Assembly: GCA_963731795.1 (NCBI GenBank)
Contig: CAVSWU010000003.1
Coordinates: 1,030,216-1,094,215 of the forward strand
Source: an uncultured delta proteobacterium
GTDB taxonomy: Bacteria > Myxococcota > Myxococcia > Myxococcales > Myxococcaceae
Reading direction: 5' to 3'
DNA: 64,000 nt
Made by a program: the position numbers and the translations under genes. Shown piece after piece: positions 52,603 to 64,000 of the stretch; within the stretch, counting starts at the first letter, position 1, and each line of letters starts with the position of its first letter. Under the pieces are notes generated by a model. The model saw nothing but the letters and a program-made list of their open reading frames with translations. It had not been told where the DNA came from and searched no databases.

Positions 52603-54575
52603 TCAGCCCAGGGACGCCGAGGCCGCGGCCAGCTTCTCCTGCGCGGCCTCCCACTCCAGGTACAGCGACTCCAGCTCCTCCTTGCCGGCCCGGTGCGTGT
52701 CCATCAGCGGCTTGGCCCGAGCGAAGTCGTTGTAGAGCTCCGGATCCGCGAGCTGCGCCTCGCGCTCCTTCTGCTCGGCCTCCAGCTTGGAGATCCGCTC
52801 TTCAATCCGCGCGATCTCCTTCTTGATCGGCCCCTCCACCACGCTGCGGCGCTGGCGGGCCTCGGCCTCCAGCCGCTTGCGCTCCTTCTCCGTCACCGGG
52901 CCCGGGGCAAGCTTGTCGTTGCCCTTGCCCTTCTCCCCCACCGCCGCCGCCTCTGCCGCCAGGCGGAGCTGCTCCTGGTGGTACAGGTACTCGTCCAGGT
53001 TGCCCGGGTGCGGCACCACCTTGCCGTCCACCACGTCCCACACCTGGTTGGCCAGCCGGTTCACGAACGCGCGGTTGTGCGAGACGAACAGCAGCGTCCC
53101 GCCGTACTTCGCCAGCGCGTCGATCAGCATCTCCGTCGAGTCCAGATCCAGGTGGTTGGTGGGCTCGTCCATCAGCAGGAAGTTGGAGGGCCGCAGCAGC
53201 AGCTTCGCCAGCGCCACGCGCGCCCGCTCGCCGCCGGACAGCACCCCGATGGGCTTGTCCACGTCATCGCCCGAGAACAGGAACGCGCCCAGCACTCCGC
53301 GCACGTAGCTCTCTGGCTTGTCCGCCGCCAGCGGCCGCACCTCCTCCAGGATGGTGTTGCGCTTGTCCAGCGTGTCCGCGTGGTGCTGCGCGTAGTAGCC
53401 CATCACCACGTTGTGCCCCAGCTTCACCTCTCCGCCGTCCGGCGCCAGCTCTCCCGCCAGGATCTTCAGCAGCGTCGTCTTGCCCGCGCCGTTGGCCCCA
53501 ATCACCGCGATGCGCTGGCCCCGCTCCACCCGCGCGTCCAGCCCCGAGTACACCACGTGGTTGCCGTAGCTCTTCCGGATCCCCTCCAGCATCGCCACGT
53601 CCCGGCCCGAGCGCTCCACCTCCGGGAAGCGGAAGTGCACCGTGTCGCGCTCCTCCAGCAGGTGCACCTCCTCCAGCTTCTCCAGCATCTTCGCGCGGCT
53701 CTGCGCCTGCCGGGCCTTGGTCGCCTTGGCGCCGAACCGATCGATGAAGGACTGCAGCTCGGCGCGGCGGGCCTCCACCTTCGCGGCCCGGGCGCGCAGC
53801 TGCTCCATCTCCTCGGCCCGCAGGCGCTTGTACGCGTCGTAGTTGCCCACGTACGAGCGCAGCCCCTCGATCTCCAGCGAGAGCACCCGCCCCACCTGCC
53901 GGTTGAGGAAGTCCCGATCGTGCGAGATCAGGATCAGCGCCTTGTTCGAGCGGCGCAGGAACTCGTCGAACCACGTGAGCGTCGGCACGTCCAGGTGGTT
54001 GGTGGGCTCGTCCAGCAGCAGCAGATCCGGATCCTGCAGGAGCAGGCCCGCGAGCGCCGCGCGCATCCGCCACCCGCCCGACAGCGCCCCCGTGGGCTTG
54101 GCCAGGTCCGCGTCCCGGAAGCCCAGGCCCTTGAGGATCCGCTCGGCGTGGTGCCGGCCGTAGTGGTCCTCGAAGTGGTCCAGCTCCGTGTGCAGGTCCG
54201 CCAGCTCCTGGGACAGCTCGAGCTGGGTCGGCCTCGTCCGGGGCCTGGGCGAGCGCCTCCTCGGTGCTCTTCAGGCGGGACTCCAGCGAGTCGCGGCCGG
54301 GCACGGTGCTCATCACCGCCTCCACCACCGTCCCCGAGGGCAGGCCGGCCAGCTCCTGCGGCAGGTAGCCCACCCGGGCCCCCCGAGCGAAGGAGATCGT
54401 CCCCGAGTCCGCGTGCTGCACTCCGGCGATGATCTTCATCAACGAGCTCTTGCCCGTCCCGTTGGCACCCACCAGGCCCACGCGATCCCGGGGGCCGAGG
54501 GTGAAGCTGGCGTCGTCGAAGAGGACCTTCTTGCCGTAGGCAGAGGCAGATATCCTGGGCGATGAGGAGGCTCAT
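52603..54575 (-). CDS. ABC-F family ATPase (two ABC domains, no TM; EttA/Uup-like); at least 3 frameshifts
   Basis: Domain 2 and the linker are intact in ORF 52603..54066 (Walker A GANGAGKTTLL, signature LSGGERARVALA). Domain 1 is split between ORF 53264..54481 (GLVGANGTGKSSL) and other frames. The N-terminus MSLLIAQDI is at 54575 in a further frame. Confidence 0.65.
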
Positions 54576-54698
54576 GGCGGCTGGGGGATGTAACAGCCCG
54601 GAGCCCCTTCGGGAACGGTTTGGTTGCCTGCCTGCCTCCCCTGCCCTCAGCGCATCCTCTTTGGGACCCACACGGGGGTTGCCTATACTCCGGCGCCA

Positions 54699-56432
<1,734 letters not shown>

Positions 56433-56599
56433 CGGCCCACCCGGCAGCGGCCTGCTCGCCTGCCAGGCCTCACGGCGGCCTCTTCAGGGGTCGTTTGAGG
56501 CCATATAATTCAGTCTTTTCAGGCGTTTGCACCTGGTAGGAAGCGAGCCAATTTACCCCCCAGGCCCCGCCGTTAGACTCCGGGGCCCCCGGGGACCCG

Positions 56600-57667
56600 A
56601 TGCTCTCGACCTCCCAGCTCACCTTCCGCGAGAAGACCCTCGCCGACCCGCATGAGGCGGCGGACTCACCGCGCCGTCCCGAGCGCGAGGCGCTGCTCCA
56701 GGCGCGCATCAAGGATCTCAAGCTCCACCTGAAGGGCACGGCCCTGGAGCGGTTCATCCAGCAGCTCTACGCCGAGCTCGAGGCCAAGGGCATCTCCTTC
56801 CGGCCGGAGTGCTACCTGTCGGATCAATGGGGCTGCCCCTCCGGCGTGCCGGTGATCGGGCTGCCGTTCTATCTGGCGGACCCGCGGCTGCACTCCATCG
56901 AGGCGGAGCTGAGCGGCGACGCGGAGACAGAGCGCGAGATCCTCATGTACCTGCGCCACGAGGCAGGGCACGCGTTCAACTACGCCTACCGCCTCTACGA
57001 CACGGACGAGTGGCGGAAGATCTTCGGGGACTACTCCAAGCCCTACAACGAGAACTACAAGCCACGGCCGTTCAGCCGGAAGTACGTGGCGCACATCTCC
57101 GGCTGGTACGCGCAGAAGCACCCGGACGAGGACTTCGCCGAGACGTTCGCGGTCTGGCTGACGCCGGGGCTGGATTGGGGCAAGCGCTACGCGGGCTGGG
57201 GCGCGCTCAAGAAGCTCCAGTACGTGGACGAGGTGATCAAGCGCGTGGGCCGTACGCCGCCGCTCGTGCAGCTGGCCGAGCGGGATCTCGACGTGGAGGA
57301 CATGGAGGAGACGGTGCTCGATCACTACCGCCAGCGCCAGCTCGAGGAGCGCGTGGAGCTGTCGCTGCGCGAGCACCTGGATCAGGATCTGCTAGGGCTG
57401 TTCGAGCCGCCGGACACCGCGCCCGCCAGCGCCGAGACGCTCATCCGCGCCGAGCGCCAGTCCCTGATCCAGTCGGTGACGCAGTACAGCGGCGTGGGCC
57501 GCCCGGTGGTGGTGTCGCTGGTGGACCACCTGCTGGAGCGCGCCACCGCGCTGCGCCTCTCCATCCACCTGGACAAGACGCGCGAGTACCTCACCAAGCT
57601 CACCTCGTTGGTGACGGCGCTGGCGATGAACTACCTCTACACGGACCGCTTCTTCGAAGTGGACTGA
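56600..57667 (+). CDS. putative zinc-dependent peptidase of the family usually paired with ATP-grasp ligases (Peptidase_Mx-like)
   Basis: It has the HEAGHAF (HExxH) motif. It lies 70 nt upstream of the ATP-grasp gene. Confidence 0.55.
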   Translation: MLSTSQLTFREKTLADPHEAADSPRRPEREALLQARIKDLKLHLKGTALERFIQQLYAELEAKGISFRPECYLSDQWGCPSGVPVIGLPFYLADPRLHSIEAELSGDAETEREILMYLRHEAGHAFNYAYRLYDTDEWRKIFGDYSKPYNENYKPRPFSRKYVAHISGWYAQKHPDEDFAETFAVWLTPGLDWGKRYAGWGALKKLQYVDEVIKRVGRTPPLVQLAERDLDVEDMEETVLDHYRQRQLEERVELSLREHLDQDLLGLFEPPDTAPASAETLIRAERQSLIQSVTQYSGVGRPVVVSLVDHLLERATALRLSIHLDKTREYLTKLTSLVTALAMNYLYTDRFFEVD

Positions 57668-57736
57668 GCCGCGCGGACGAAAAGTGCGGCGCGCCCGGGT
57701 GCACCGGGCGTGCCGAGGGCTTACACTTGAGAGGTC

Positions 57737-58813
57737 ATGCCGGTACCGCCTCTCAAGATCGCCATCCTGCACTACCAGCCGGACGGAGAGCCGGTGGACC
57801 CCGTCGTCACCCAGGTGGGCGAGGCCCTCAAGCAGCTGGGCCATGAGGTGTGCACCATCGCCGTGAGCGACCGCGTCTTCGACATCCTGCACGAGATCGA
57901 TCGCTCGAAGTGCGGCCTGGTGTTCAACCTCTGCGAGACGTTCGCGGAGGACTACCGGATGGAGGTGAACGTCGCGGCGCTGATGGAGATGGCGCGGGTG
58001 AAGTTCACCGGCTCGGGGACGGCGGGGCTGCTGCTGGCGCAGGACAAGATCCTCACCAAGCAGCTGCTGGAGTACCACGAGATCCCCACGGCCGACTTCG
58101 CCACCTTCGACGGCGTCACCGTGGAGACCCATGGGGGCCTGGAGTTCCCGCTCATCGTGAAGCCGTCGCGCAGTGATGCGTCCATCGGCATCGGGAAGAA
58201 GTCGCTGGTGCGCACGTGGGAGGAGCTGACGCGACGGGTGCAGGAGATCCGCAAGGAGCTGCAGGACGAGGCGCTCGCGGAGGAGTTCATCGAGGGGCGC
58301 GAGGTATATGTGGGCGTGATCGGCCCCAAGGAGATGCCGGAGATCCTCCCGATCGTCGAGCTGGACTTCGGCAACTGGGACAAGAGCAAACCGACCATCT
58401 CCGACCGGGAGGTGAAGTTCGGCCCTGAGACGGAGGGCTCTCCGAAGCTCGTGATCGCGAGGAACATCCCGCCGGAGCTGCGCGAGCGCGTGGAGCGGGC
58501 CGCCCTGCTGGCCTACCGGGCGCTCAAGCTGCAGGACTACGCGCGCATCGACTTGCGCATCTCGGAGGAGGGAGATCCGTACGTCCTCGAGGTGAACCCG
58601 AACCCGTACCTGGAAGACAAGAGCGAGCTGGCGCTGGGAGCCCGTGAGAAGGGCATGTCCTTTACGCAGCTCGTGGGGCGCATCCTCGAGTCGGCGGCGA
58701 AGCGCTACGGGCTGCTGCAGAAGGCGGAGAAGACGCCGGCGGCCTCGAAGGCCGAGCATCCCGCCTCGAAGGCCGAGCCCGAGATTCCGCCCACGGCGAA
58801 CGCAGCCGGCTGA
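57737..58813 (+). CDS. ATP-grasp ligase (D-Ala-D-Ala ligase / RimK-like fold)
   Basis: The N-terminus is a pre-ATP-grasp, and the central domain is FPLIVKPSRSDASIGI...EFIEGREVYVGVIG...LEVNPNP. Confidence 0.65.
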   Translation: MPVPPLKIAILHYQPDGEPVDPVVTQVGEALKQLGHEVCTIAVSDRVFDILHEIDRSKCGLVFNLCETFAEDYRMEVNVAALMEMARVKFTGSGTAGLLLAQDKILTKQLLEYHEIPTADFATFDGVTVETHGGLEFPLIVKPSRSDASIGIGKKSLVRTWEELTRRVQEIRKELQDEALAEEFIEGREVYVGVIGPKEMPEILPIVELDFGNWDKSKPTISDREVKFGPETEGSPKLVIARNIPPELRERVERAALLAYRALKLQDYARIDLRISEEGDPYVLEVNPNPYLEDKSELALGAREKGMSFTQLVGRILESAAKRYGLLQKAEKTPAASKAEHPASKAEPEIPPTANAAG

Positions 58814-58856
58814 GCCGGAGCGGCCCTCCCCCGCCCCCCCGCTCTCCGGGAGAGGC

Positions 58857-59258
58857 TCACGGCTGCCGGAAGGCCTCGCTCACGGCGGCAGTGTCCCCAA
58901 AGACACGGACGGACACAGCCTTCCCGCCACGCAACGTCCAGACGTGCACCCAGGCGTTCTCATAGGTGCGACCGGTCGGCTTTGCTCGCACCTTCTCCCA
59001 ACCGAGCACCACCACCTGCTCGCCCTGGGCGATGAACTCCCGGGGCTCGAATGTCAGCGACTCGCTCGAGCCCTTGATGGCGCTCACGAGCCGCCGGATG
59101 CCCTCATGCCCCTTGAACTCGCCAGCCAGGGGCACATGGGCCGGGTATGGGTTGGCCCAGACGATGTCCGTCGAGAACCCGGCCAGCACGGCCTCGAGGC
59201 TCCCGCTGTCATAGGCCGCGTAGACGTCCTTCACCGCTCTCAGGTTGGACTCGATCAT
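58857..59258 (-). CDS. SnoaL-like / NTF2-fold protein (133 aa)
   Basis: It has the size and pattern typical of polyketide-cyclase-like NTF2 proteins. Its start is 3 nt after the stop of the upstream LLM gene. Confidence 0.5.
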   Translation of the reverse strand: MIESNLRAVKDVYAAYDSGSLEAVLAGFSTDIVWANPYPAHVPLAGEFKGHEGIRRLVSAIKGSSESLTFEPREFIAQGEQVVVLGWEKVRAKPTGRTYENAWVHVWTLRGGKAVSVRVFGDTAAVSEAFRQP

Positions 59259-59260
59259 GC

Positions 59261-60310
59261 TCAGCCCGCGGCGACACGGCGCTCCGTAGCAGGTACCTGG
59301 GTGCTCGGGGACAGGCGCACCGAGGCCTGCTTCAACGCCAGGTCGATGTGGTGGAACTCCTCTTCGTGCGGAGGAACATCGAGGATGAGGGTGTCGATCC
59401 CCCGCTGCACCAGTGAGTTGATGAGCGCGGCGACCTGGGCGTGATCGCCCACGAAGTACGGGCAGTCGGCCTTGAAGTTGCGGAACGGCTCCAGCCAGAA
59501 GCCTTGCCGCGCCGCGGCGGCTCCCTCCGCGACCATCTTCATCCGCCACTTCCACTCGGCGTCGGTGTTGCGCATGGAGAGCTCGAGCACGCTCTGCCCC
59601 AGAGGATCCTCGGGGAACAGGGCGCGAGCGGCCTCCCAGGCCTCGGCCTCCCGCGGACGGGTGATGATGCCGAAGTGGACGCCACGCACGCCCGCGCGCA
59701 GCCCCTGCTCCAGCGTGGCCGGCAGCATCTGCATGCTCACCGCGCCGAGCGCCCCCGCCGTCCGCAGGGCCGCCTCCGACTGGCCAGCCAGCAGCAGGCC
59801 CGGCTGGAGCGCCTGGGGAGTCCTCGGCAGGAGCTGCAGGTTGGACACGCGGTAGTGCTTCCCCTCGTACGTGACGGAAGGCTCGGCGAGCAACCGCTTC
59901 ATCACCTCGGCGTACTCGCGCAGCCGATCGTACCGCTCGTCGTGCGGCAGCCGATCGTCCATGGACTGCTGGTAGCTGAGCGCCGCGCCCGTGACGAGGT
60001 TCACGTACGTCCGGCGCCCGTAGAGGTGGGCGAACGAGGAGATGAACTTCGCTGCCGTGAACGGGTGCATGTAGATGGGGTTGATGGCCACCAGCGGCGA
60101 GAGCTGCTTCGTCTCGGCCATCACCCGCTGCGCCACCACCCAGGGCTCGATGATGACATCGTTGCCCGTGAAGATGAGCAGGCCGGTGTAGCCGTAGCGG
60201 TCGCTCAGCCGCATGACGGTCTCGATGTTCTTCCAGTACAGCGATTCGTCCGGGGTGCGAGGGCTGACCGTGAAGAGCTCCACTGCACCGTGAGCCAGTT
60301 CGAGTTTCAT
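59261..60310 (-). CDS. LLM-class (luciferase-like) flavin-dependent oxidoreductase (349 aa)
   Basis: It has a TIM-barrel LLM pattern and a strong SD (AGGAGG) 6 nt upstream. Its ATG overlaps the FMO stop. Confidence 0.6.
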   Translation of the reverse strand: MKLELAHGAVELFTVSPRTPDESLYWKNIETVMRLSDRYGYTGLLIFTGNDVIIEPWVVAQRVMAETKQLSPLVAINPIYMHPFTAAKFISSFAHLYGRRTYVNLVTGAALSYQQSMDDRLPHDERYDRLREYAEVMKRLLAEPSVTYEGKHYRVSNLQLLPRTPQALQPGLLLAGQSEAALRTAGALGAVSMQMLPATLEQGLRAGVRGVHFGIITRPREAEAWEAARALFPEDPLGQSVLELSMRNTDAEWKWRMKMVAEGAAAARQGFWLEPFRNFKADCPYFVGDHAQVAALINSLVQRGIDTLILDVPPHEEEFHHIDLALKQASVRLSPSTQVPATERRVAAG

Positions 60311-61389
60311 GCTGCCTCCTGCTGAGGGTGTGAGGGGCCCACCGGAATGGCGCGGCCCGAGCGCTCGGCGATATGGGAGGCGAGGAAGGCGGCATCCCGC
60401 CCCACGCCTCCGAGAAGAGAAGAGTTGGCCCGGTAGAGCCACTTGAGGCCGAGGAAGTAGAGCCCCGGGCGCGCGGTGACGCCCCGTGAATGAACGGGCC
60501 TGCCGCCCGCGTCGAGCACGGGCACCTCCAGCCAGGAGTAGTCCGGGCGGAAGCCGGTGGCCCAGACGATGGCGTCCACCTCCAGCGCCTGCCCATCCAC
60601 GAAGGTGACGCGGTGCCCCTCCACGTCCTTCACCCGAGGCCGCAGCACCAGGCCGTGCATGCGCGCCAGCTCCTCGGGCCCCGGGCCGATGATGCCATCC
60701 GGCCCCTGGCTCATCCGCCGGCCCAGCCAGGAGTCCACGGTGACCTCCGTGAGCCGCAGCAGGTGGGCCCACCAGAAGTAGTCCCGCCCCAGCATGCGCC
60801 GCGGGCTGGCCGCCGTCCTCCCGAGCGCGAGGTGCACCTCGTGGCTGGCCGCCAGCTCCCGGGCGATGCCCGCCCCGGAGTTGCCGCAGCCGACCACGAG
60901 CACCCTCCCCCGCGGGAGCTGCGACGGGTTGCGGTACAGGCTGCTGTGGAGCTGAACCAGCTGGGGGCTGGCCCGCTCCAGGCTCACGGGCAGTAGCGGC
61001 CGCGTGAAGGGCCCCGTCGCGCAGACGACGTTGCGCGCCTCGAAGACGGTGTCCGCCGTACGCACCACGTAGGCGTCCCCCTCCGCGCGCACGGAGCTCA
61101 CCCGCGTCCCCAGCCGCAGGGGCAGCTCGAAGGCCCTGGCATAGCTCTCGAGGTAGTCCGCCACCTCGTCCTTGCTGGGGAAGGTCCACGGCTCCCTCGG
61201 GAACGGCATCCCAGGGAGATCGTTGTACGGGCACGGCGTGATGAGCCGGAGCGAATCCCACCGGGATCGCCAGGAATGGCCCACCTGCTCCGCCGCCTCC
61301 AGGATGAGGAAGCGTCGGCCCTGCCGAGCGAGCTGGTAGCCCAGGGCGAGGCCGGCCTGACCTCCGCCGATGATGAGGACGTCGTGCAT
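60307..61389 (-). CDS. FAD/NAD(P)-binding flavin-containing monooxygenase-like oxidoreductase (361 aa)
   Basis: It has VLIIGGGQAGLALG (FAD GxGxxG) and a second VLVVGCGNSGAGIA (NADPH) motif. Confidence 0.65.
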   Translation of the reverse strand: MHDVLIIGGGQAGLALGYQLARQGRRFLILEAAEQVGHSWRSRWDSLRLITPCPYNDLPGMPFPREPWTFPSKDEVADYLESYARAFELPLRLGTRVSSVRAEGDAYVVRTADTVFEARNVVCATGPFTRPLLPVSLERASPQLVQLHSSLYRNPSQLPRGRVLVVGCGNSGAGIARELAASHEVHLALGRTAASPRRMLGRDYFWWAHLLRLTEVTVDSWLGRRMSQGPDGIIGPGPEELARMHGLVLRPRVKDVEGHRVTFVDGQALEVDAIVWATGFRPDYSWLEVPVLDAGGRPVHSRGVTARPGLYFLGLKWLYRANSSLLGGVGRDAAFLASHIAERSGRAIPVGPSHPQQEAA

Positions 61390-61400
61390 GATCCTCTCCG

Positions 61401-64000
61401 TTACCGAGGCTCGGCGCGCGCCACGGACATCCGCAGCGTCGCCGCCAGGGAATCCACGCCCGACGAGGCGAGGAGCGAGTAGTGGTCTCCCGCGAGGGTG
61501 CGCGTCTCCAGGCGGCCCACCCAGGGACGCCAGCCCGCGTCCTCCGCGCGCGCCAGGGGATCGTCCGCCGCCCGCAGGGACACCACGGGGACGTCCACCT
61601 TCCGAGGCGTCCATTGATCCATGGCCCGCGTGTGGGCCTCGAAGACCCCCAGCAGGCGCTGGAGCTGCGGCAGGTCCACATCTCGCGCCACCAGGTCGGC
61701 TTCGTGCGCCTGCTCCAGCGCGAAGGCCAGCCGCGCCTCGGCCTTCAGCGACCGAAGCTGCGCCACTGGCAGGGTGAAGGGCTTGCCGCCCGTGCTGGCG
61801 ATGTCCTGGATGAACCAGGCCACGCGCTCCGCGTCATCCACCCGAGCCAGCTTCCCGGGCGCTGGGCTGTCGATGAGCGCCACCAGCGCCACCTCCTGCC
61901 CGAGTTCACGCAGCCGACGCGCCATCTCCAGCGCGACCAGTCCGCCCATGGACCAACCGCCCAACAGGTACGGCCCCGAGGGCTGCACCGAGCGCACGGC
62001 CTCGACGTACTCGTGTGCCATGGCGACCAGGTCCTCCCGAGGCTCCTGATCCCCGAGGAAGCCCCGCGCCTGCAGTCCATAGACGGGGCGCTCCCGGCCG
62101 AACCGCTGCGCCAGCTCGCGGTAGCACAGGACATTGCCGCCCACCGGGTGCACGAGGAAGAGCGGCCTGCCCTGGCCCTGCGAGTGCAGGAGCACCAGCG
62201 GCGACCACGCGGCGGCGGGCGCACTGCCGCGCACCAGGGACGCGAGGTGCGCGAGCGTGGGCTCCTGCACCAGCGCCGTGAGTGGGAGCTCCCGCCCGAA
62301 CTGCTGGCGGATGCGCCCCATCACCCGCACCAGCGCGAAGGAGTGCCCGCCCAGCTCGAAGAAGTTGTCATGCCGGCCCACCTGGGAGACGCCCAGCACC
62401 TCTTCCCAGATACGGGCCAGCGCCTGCTCCAGCTCGTCCCTCGGGGCCTCGAGGCCACGCTCGCGCCGGGCGCCTGGCTCCTCCGGGGCCGGGAGCGCCT
62501 TGCGGTCCACCTTGCCATTGGCCGTCAGGGGCAGCCGCTCCAGCGGGAGGAAGAGCGAAGGCACCATGTAGCGCGGCAGCTTCGTCTCCAGGTACGCGCG
62601 CAGCTGCGCGAGGGTGTCGGCGGGATCGCCGTCAATGACGACATAGGCCACCAGGCGCTTGTCCCCCAGGCGCTCCCCGTGGGCCGTCACCACCGCCGCG
62701 CGCACGGCCGGGTGCCGCTCCAGGACGGTCTCGATCTCGCCCAGCTCGATGCGGTAGCCCTGCACCTTCACCTGGAAGTCCGCGCGGCCCTGGAACTCGA
62801 TCGAGCCGTCTGGCAGGGAGCGCCCCAGATCTCCCGTCCGGTAGAGGCGCTCCCCCGTCACAGGGTGGCGGACGAAGCGCGCCTCCGTCTTCGCCGAGTC
62901 CTTCCAGTAGCCCTTCGCCAGGCCCACGCCGGCGATGAACAGCTCGCCGGTGACCCAGGTGGGGCGCGGCGCCAACGCCTCATCGAGCACATGGAAGCGC
63001 TGGTTCTTCAGGGGCTTGCCGTAGGGGATGCTCTGCCAGCCGGGATCCACCCGGTCGATGGGGTGGAGGATGGACCAGATGGAGGCCTCGGTCGCCCCGC
63101 CCAGGCTCATCACCTGGATGCCGGGGCGCAGGGCTCGGATGCGATCCGGCAAGGCCACGGGGATCCAATCGCCGCTGAGCATCACCGTGCGCAGCGCCAG
63201 CTCCCCGAGCCACTCCTTCTGTCCCTCCGCGTATTCCACGAGGAGCTGCATGAGGGCCGGCACCGAGTTCCACAGGGTGACCTTCTCCATCCTGAGCAGC
63301 TTCAGCCAGTGGGCCGGATCCTTGGCGGCCCCGGGCGCGGGCAGGACGAGGGCGCCGCCCGCGGCGAGCATGCCGAAGAGATCGTAGACGGACAGATCGA
63401 AGGTGAGCGCCGAGAGCGCGAGCACCCGATCCGAGGGCCCCACGCCGAACCGCTCGTTGAGATCCACGAGGGTGTTGGCCGCGCCGCGATGGTCGATCAT
63501 CACGCCCTTGGGCTCACCCGTGGAGCCCGAGGTGAAGATGACGTAGGCCAGATCCTCCGGCCGCTGGACGGAGCGGAGGCACGCGTCGCTCTCCCCCTCC
63601 AAGGTCTTCTCGGAGACGGCGATCCGCTGGATGCCCTCGGGCCAGGGGATCCGCGCCTCCAGCCAGGGCTGGGTGAGGACGATGCGGACCTCGCCCTGCC
63701 GCAGCAGGTGGTGGATGCGCTCCGTCGGCCACTCCGGATCAATCGGCAGGTAGGCAGCACCCGCGCCGAGCACGCCGAGCGCGGCCACCACCTGCTCCCA
63801 GCCCTTCTCCATGACGATGGCCACCAGGGTGTTGGGGACCGCGCCGAGCGCGCGGAGCCGGTGGGCCAGCTGGTGGGCCCGTCGCTGCACGGTGCCGTGG
63901 CTGAACGTGCCACGCGGCTCGATGACGGCCGGGTGATCCGGCCGGGCCTCCGCCTGCGCGGCGACGAGCTCGTGGAGGAGCACCTGGGGAATGGGAGCCT
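61401..64000 (-). CDS. terminal NRPS module: adenylation - PCP - thioesterase (C-terminal 860+ aa; the gene continues past the right edge)
   Basis: The A-domain cores are LPIDPEWP (A2), YVIFTSGSTGEPKGV (A3), SGDW..., GELFIAGVGLAKGY (A5), YRTGDL (A7), KVQGYRIELGEIE (A8) and LPLTANGKVDRKAL (A10). The PCP motif is FFELGGHSFAL and the TE motif is GGWSMGG. Confidence 0.85.
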   Translation of the reverse strand, partial: APIPQVLLHELVAAQAEARPDHPAVIEPRGTFSHGTVQRRAHQLAHRLRALGAVPNTLVAIVMEKGWEQVVAALGVLGAGAAYLPIDPEWPTERIHHLLRQGEVRIVLTQPWLEARIPWPEGIQRIAVSEKTLEGESDACLRSVQRPEDLAYVIFTSGSTGEPKGVMIDHRGAANTLVDLNERFGVGPSDRVLALSALTFDLSVYDLFGMLAAGGALVLPAPGAAKDPAHWLKLLRMEKVTLWNSVPALMQLLVEYAEGQKEWLGELALRTVMLSGDWIPVALPDRIRALRPGIQVMSLGGATEASIWSILHPIDRVDPGWQSIPYGKPLKNQRFHVLDEALAPRPTWVTGELFIAGVGLAKGYWKDSAKTEARFVRHPVTGERLYRTGDLGRSLPDGSIEFQGRADFQVKVQGYRIELGEIETVLERHPAVRAAVVTAHGERLGDKRLVAYVVIDGDPADTLAQLRAYLETKLPRYMVPSLFLPLERLPLTANGKVDRKALPAPEEPGARRERGLEAPRDELEQALARIWEEVLGVSQVGRHDNFFELGGHSFALVRVMGRIRQQFGRELPLTALVQEPTLAHLASLVRGSAPAAAWSPLVLLHSQGQGRPLFLVHPVGGNVLCYRELAQRFGRERPVYGLQARGFLGDQEPREDLVAMAHEYVEAVRSVQPSGPYLLGGWSMGGLVALEMARRLRELGQEVALVALIDSPAPGKLARVDDAERVAWFIQDIASTGGKPFTLPVAQLRSLKAEARLAFALEQAHEADLVARDVDLPQLQRLLGVFEAHTRAMDQWTPRKVDVPVVSLRAADDPLARAEDAGWRPWVGRLETRTLAGDHYSLLASSGVDSLAATLRMSVARAEPR

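Overview
This is a ~64 kb window of very GC-rich (about 70%) bacterial chromosome. Several features point to a myxobacterium (Myxococcota, Cystobacterineae-like): a gliding/sporulation-type Nfs/Glt envelope-complex cluster, a Myxococcus-type Cys-rich repeat lipoprotein, eukaryote-like Ser/Thr kinases, sigma-54 promoters, and many TPR, MCP and c-di-GMP genes. The window is densely coding, and I find about 55 genes. From left to right the main blocks are as follows. (i) An nfsABCDEFG/glt-like operon on the minus strand (bp 1-9688) that is riddled with frameshifts. (ii) A PilZ protein, a SAM methyltransferase, a polyprenol-phosphate GT2 (DUF2304 fusion) plus a PMT-like membrane protein, and a stand-alone ribosomal protein L3 copy. 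(iii) A HupE/UreJ-Zn-ribbon-small-membrane-protein operon. (iv) A lytic transglycosylase, a STAS protein, MoxR-DUF58-transglutaminase, and an RpoH-like sigma factor with a sigma-54 promoter followed by a HEAT protein and an HD-GYP. (v) The most striking locus: an intact full-length homologue of the eukaryotic major vault protein (MVP), co-oriented with RluA, DJ-1/PfpI and hypothetical genes. (vi) A ParA-like ATPase plus a disordered J-like/HTH protein, a Cys-rich lipoprotein, an HNH endonuclease, selA, an orphan MCP and Slt70. (vii) A GAF sensor kinase followed by three tandem CheB-like response regulators. (viii) Two Ser/Thr kinases flanking an ABC-F, and a peptidase_Mx + ATP-grasp pair. (ix) The end of an NRPS (A-T-TE) gene with FMO, LLM and SnoaL tailoring genes. 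I see no rRNA, tRNA, CRISPR array or transposase. About 25-30 apparent frameshifts are scattered across the window and concentrated in a few genes; they may be assembly indels or real gene decay. Coordinates that I derived by hand from the printed sequence (promoters, hairpins, some starts) may be off by 1-3 nt.
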